Shown: piece by piece, positions 60,302-64,000 of the stretch
Layout of the letters: each line of letters opens with the position of its first letter
Position numbering within the stretch: the stretch's first letter is position 1
Assembly: GCA_963666205.1 (NCBI GenBank)
Contig: OY762654.1
Coordinates: forward strand, 1,472,001-1,536,000
Reading direction: 5' to 3'
Origin: Synergistales bacterium
Lineage (GTDB): Bacteria > Synergistota > Synergistia > Synergistales > JAFGMB01
DNA: 64,000 nucleotides
Made by a program: the position numbers and the translations under genes
Notes under the pieces: generated by a model
Told to the model about the DNA's origin: nothing
What the model saw: only the letters and a program-made list of their open reading frames with translations
The model's database searches: none

Positions 60302-61210
60302 TCATCCTCCTATCTGCACTTCAATTCCATGCTTACAGAACAGATCCTGGATATGAAGCATCTTATCTTTCCCTGGGGGTAAGGTCTCTTTCAATTTATA
60401 ATCGCTTTTCAAGTTGGAATACTTGGATTTTCCAAAATCATGGTAGGGCAACAGGTTCACGGAGTAAGAACCTTCAAGGGTCCTGAGAAAGTCTGCGGTG
60501 GCATTCAGATTTTCAAGATCATCGTTTATACCCGGGATAACAGGTATCCGGATAAAAACCCTGGTCCCGCTTGCGGAAAGAACCCTGAGGTTGGAGAGGA
60601 CAAGCTCGTTCCTGACCCCGGTGTATTTAAAATGTTTTTCAGGATCCATCATCTTGAGATCATAAAGGAAGAGATCCGTGAACGGAGTTACTTGTTTTAT
60701 GACCTGTAAAGGAGCGAAACCCGTTGTGTCAACAGTTCGATGAATACCCTCATTGCCGCAGGCCTTCAGAATTTCAATAAGAAATTCATGCTGGGAAAGA
60801 GGTTCTCCTCCCGAAAAAGTCACACCCCCTCCTGAATCATCAAAGAAGGGAATATCCTTTCGTATCTCTTTCATCAGATCCTTGACCGTTATCTCTTTCC
60901 CCATCATCTCCAGTGCCCTTGTGGGACAGCTTTCAGCACAGGTGCCGCAGGAAGTGCAGAATGAACTGTCTATCCGTATACCCCCCTCAGAGGCGAGGTA
61001 CAATGCAGATTCAGGGCACACAGAAACACATGTACCACAGTCAATACACCTTGAGCGGCGATAAACAAGTTCAGGTTCCGGCCTTATTCCTTCAGGGTTA
61101 TGACACCACCAGCAGGACAAGGGGCAACCTTTAAGAAATACGGTGGTCCTTATTCCGGGCCCGTCATGGAGGGAATATTTCTTTATGCTGAATATCACGC
61201 CATTCTTCAA
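60302..61210 (-). CDS. Glycyl-radical enzyme activating enzyme
   Basis: HDGPGIRT.VFLKGCPLSCWWCHNPE, ferredoxin insert, GGGVTFSGGEP. Confidence 0.93.
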   Translation of the reverse strand: MKNGVIFSIKKYSLHDGPGIRTTVFLKGCPLSCWWCHNPEGIRPEPELVYRRSRCIDCGTCVSVCPESALYLASEGGIRIDSSFCTSCGTCAESCPTRALEMMGKEITVKDLMKEIRKDIPFFDDSGGGVTFSGGEPLSQHEFLIEILKACGNEGIHRTVDTTGFAPLQVIKQVTPFTDLFLYDLKMMDPEKHFKYTGVRNELVLSNLRVLSASGTRVFIRIPVIPGINDDLENLNATADFLRTLEGSYSVNLLPYHDFGKSKYSNLKSDYKLKETLPPGKDKMLHIQDLFCKHGIEVQIGG

Positions 61211-61905
61211 AGGTTTTTCTCCCCTTCAGGATGATCAAGTTCGTGGGAACTGGCAAAGTAATATTTTTTTATATAACGCTCCTGAACATAATATGACCAA
61301 TGCACATCCCTCACAAATTTCGAGGCACCCTCGAAATCTCCTTTGTCAAAAAGGTTTACAAGTTCACGATGCTCACCCATGGAGTTCATCTCCCACTCCT
61401 TAAGGAAACCCTTTTTCCTGGGAAAATCGTAAAGCCTCTGCTTGTAGATACGGACCATATGGACAAGATCAGAGTTCGTCGAAAGATCTATGTAGATATC
61501 GTGAAAGGCAAGATTTTTTTCATAGAAGTCATCAAAATCGTTTCTGTAAAGAGCATCATCCATTTCCCGGATAAGTCTGTTCATGCTGTCTGTATCCGCT
61601 TTGCGAAATTTGAAAGCATTGTTGATTATGGCCGTGCTTTCCAGAGAACCCAGGATCTCGTAGATATTCGATATTTCCGGAAGGTCCAATACCCGAACCA
61701 TAACGCCCCGCCTTGGAAATATACGAACAAACCCTTCTGCCTCCAATTGAAAAAGAGCATCCCTCAAGGGCGTTTTACTTATTCCAAGTTCGTTGGCCAT
61801 TTCACCAAGCATCAGAAATTCACCAGGCTCAACGGCACCTTCGTTCATCTGGGTGCGAAGAAAGGTATAGACTTGTTCTCTGAGTGATTTTACCGGTGAT
61901 GGCAT
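61207..61905 (-). CDS. GntR/FCD family regulator
   Basis: LA.ELGISKTPLRDAL..LE.EG.V...PRRG; N..FH and EH motifs. Confidence 0.9.
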   Translation of the reverse strand: MPSPVKSLREQVYTFLRTQMNEGAVEPGEFLMLGEMANELGISKTPLRDALFQLEAEGFVRIFPRRGVMVRVLDLPEISNIYEILGSLESTAIINNAFKFRKADTDSMNRLIREMDDALYRNDFDDFYEKNLAFHDIYIDLSTNSDLVHMVRIYKQRLYDFPRKKGFLKEWEMNSMGEHRELVNLFDKGDFEGASKFVRDVHWSYYVQERYIKKYYFASSHELDHPEGEKNL

Positions 61906-62054
61906 GGTGTTCCCTCCATCTTATGATGTTTGGATCCCAATGTTGTATGTAATATATCAGTGATGTATAAATTACCACAGTTTCTTCTTTCGGTCAATTG
62001 TCTACTCTTATAAAGCATTCCTCTAACCTTATATGGGTATCTGGATAATAGTTT

Positions 62055-63017
62055 TTACTGCTCCAGTTCCTGTCCTGCTCCTTTTAAGAGAGCTGATTCG
62101 TAAACATCATTTGCCACGACCAGGTCGAACAGAGCCATCCCTACCGTCTTGACAAGAATGGTCCCCTTTTGAACCCCTTCTTCCCTGGCAATACAGTCGG
62201 ACATGAGAGTAATTTTGTCGGGATCCAGGTAGTGGTTTTCAAGGGGGGTAATAAGATCTCCCGATTCTTCAAGGGCATGTTCACAATCTATAAATATTCT
62301 GTCAGCTATTGTGAAAAAACTGTCAGGAAATTCACGCTGTGTCGGGAGGGCAGAACCCACTCCAACGTAAAAACGATCTTTCAGCAGTCCTGGATCATCG
62401 GGGAGAACCGGTTCTTGAGATGGAGTGGCGGAAATGATTATTTCCGAATTTTCAACTACTTCTCTATTTGATGCACAAGCTTTTACAATAACATCCGGTA
62501 ACCGGGAACAAAGTCTATCTACATATTCAGTAAGCTTGTCAGAGCAGGAGTCAAATACCCGTATTTCTCTAACAGGTCTGGCCTCTGCAGCGAAGAGGGC
62601 CTGGGTAAACCCCTGGGCACCTGCCCCGAATATCCCTAAAGTTGAGGCTTCCCTTGAAGCCAGTCTCCTTATAGCACTTCCTCCGACTGCTCCTGTGCGG
62701 TGTGCAGTAAGTGCTCTTCCATCCATAACTGCAAGGGGTGCTCCCGTTTCATTGTCATATAACTCCACCAGTCCATTTATAAATGGGCGGCCCTTGGCTG
62801 GATTATCTGAATTAAGGGTGAGGATCTTCACTCCCCATACTCTTTCGGTACCGCAAGGCATGAGTAATAATTTGTTACCATTTATTTCAAGAGAGGAGCG
62901 AAGTGGCATGGAAAAGTTCCCGCTGCCATAGATCTTGTAAGCTTTCTCTATGGCATTCATCGTTTCCTGAAGGGGTAAGGCTTTTTCCATCTGAGAACTG
63001 TTGAACCATAACATCAT
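62055..63017 (-). CDS. Ornithine cyclodeaminase / mu-crystallin family protein
   Basis: LLMP, K.LT...N, LTA.RTGA, GAGAQ, ESGDL, KTVGMALFD. Confidence 0.88.
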   Translation of the reverse strand: MMLWFNSSQMEKALPLQETMNAIEKAYKIYGSGNFSMPLRSSLEINGNKLLLMPCGTERVWGVKILTLNSDNPAKGRPFINGLVELYDNETGAPLAVMDGRALTAHRTGAVGGSAIRRLASREASTLGIFGAGAQGFTQALFAAEARPVREIRVFDSCSDKLTEYVDRLCSRLPDVIVKACASNREVVENSEIIISATPSQEPVLPDDPGLLKDRFYVGVGSALPTQREFPDSFFTIADRIFIDCEHALEESGDLITPLENHYLDPDKITLMSDCIAREEGVQKGTILVKTVGMALFDLVVANDVYESALLKGAGQELEQ

Positions 63018-63080
63018 GAATACCTCCCTGGTAATTTAATAAGCTCTTGAAAAGAGATCATTAAAGTTGAAAACAACTCC

Positions 63081-64000
63081 TTATTCCTGGACCGGTATAG
63101 TCAGTGCCGAAGGGCAGATAGCAAGGCCGCCCTTTGCCGTACACCTTAGCTCGGGCGGCATCATTTTACCTACTGAATACATGGCATCGATCGTTTCATC
63201 AAGGGGAACCGGATTCTCATAGCCCCCCATTACAAGATCTGCGCAGAGAAATGCATTTGCCGCAGCTGCTGCATTCCTTGTATGACAGGGAATTTCCACA
63301 AAACCCTGGACAAGGTCGCATACGCTTCCCATGGTGTTCTGAAGAGATATGGCTGCTGCATTCAGAGCTTCTTCGGGGAGTGCCCCTGCAAACTCAGCTA
63401 CACCAGCGGCACCCATGGCACCAGCCACACCTATTTCCACCTGGCAACCGGCTACTTCTGCTGCAAAAGTTGCTCTCTTTGCCACTACAAGACCTACGGC
63501 AGATGCGGCAAAAAGCGCTTTCGCAAGTTCACCACCGCAAAGGCCCATTTCCTGCTTAAGTGTTACAAATACACCTGGCACAGTACCTGCGGAACCGGCA
63601 GTAGGAGCTGCACAGACAAGGCCCTTGGCACCGTTTATGTGCATTACCGCCATTGCCCGGGCAGCCGCTCGAGTATGGATCCCGCCGATAGCAACCCTGT
63701 TATTCTTTTCGGCTTCCATAACATTGCGGGCAGAGGGATAAAGGAGTTTCATAGAAGGGATTTTCTCGGCCAATCCTGCTTCCACAGCTTTTTCCATTAC
63801 TCCGTAACGGCGAAGCATTTCCTCCTTGACATCTTCCAGTGTCAATCCAAGAAGCCTGGCTTCGTATTCCATGGCTGCTTCCCCAAGAGATTTGCCCTCG
63901 TCCCTGCACCATGAAAGCATCTCCTGTGCCGACTCGAACAGGGTTTCTCCTGTTTTAGGAAAAAATACCGGCTCAGCCACAAGGACTGCCTTGACGTTTT
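63081..64000 (-). CDS. Fe-S L-serine dehydratase alpha-like protein, 5'-truncated by the window
   Basis: AAPTAGSAG, GCQ.EIG, CD...G.VEIPC..RN, ELRCTAKGGLA. Confidence 0.85.
   Translation of the reverse strand, partial: NVKAVLVAEPVFFPKTGETLFESAQEMLSWCRDEGKSLGEAAMEYEARLLGLTLEDVKEEMLRRYGVMEKAVEAGLAEKIPSMKLLYPSARNVMEAEKNNRVAIGGIHTRAAARAMAVMHINGAKGLVCAAPTAGSAGTVPGVFVTLKQEMGLCGGELAKALFAASAVGLVVAKRATFAAEVAGCQVEIGVAGAMGAAGVAEFAGALPEEALNAAAISLQNTMGSVCDLVQGFVEIPCHTRNAAAAANAFLCADLVMGGYENPVPLDETIDAMYSVGKMMPPELRCTAKGGLAICPSALTIPVQE

Noticed and set aside
1-64000. Many 60-330 aa antisense or alternate-frame ORFs in the track (e.g. 16094-17089, 23492-24343, 20346-21170, 4358-5122)
   Set aside because: They lie wholly within well-supported genes and show no SD or recognisable motifs.

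Overview
Chromosomal window from an anaerobic, diderm, amino-acid-fermenting bacterium. Gene content suggests Synergistota, which is an inference. Recognisable modules: TRAP transporters, a MGDG-synthase-like glycosyltransferase, CoA-disulfide reductase-rhodanese, ferredoxin, pxpBCA (5-oxoprolinase), an RpiR-controlled TRAP/aldehyde:ferredoxin oxidoreductase/ornithine-cyclodeaminase-family cluster, a two-arylsulfatase/anSME/SulP operon facing an operon with two pentameric ligand-gated ion channels, TetR-ABC and TolC-RND efflux operons, a radical SAM enzyme, three tandem PP-loop paralogs next to a carrier-protein/thioesterase gene, an ArsR metal-resistance operon, tRNA-Lys(CTT), the hydroxyproline dehydratase hypD operon and a serine-dehydratase-like gene. 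Main items the ORF track misses: (1) three probable selenoprotein genes with in-frame TGA and downstream SECIS-like hairpins, one with two adjacent TGA codons (CISG-UU); (2) a ribosome-dependent attenuator with a YYFYYWF leader peptide that controls only two tiny unknown ORFs; (3) two tandem, apparently homologous non-coding RNAs of about 265 and 300 nt, each with its own sigma70 promoter and terminator; (4) a four-helix-bundle gene bracketed by inverted heptamer arrays inside the RND operon. All calls come from reading the sequence; no database searches were run.
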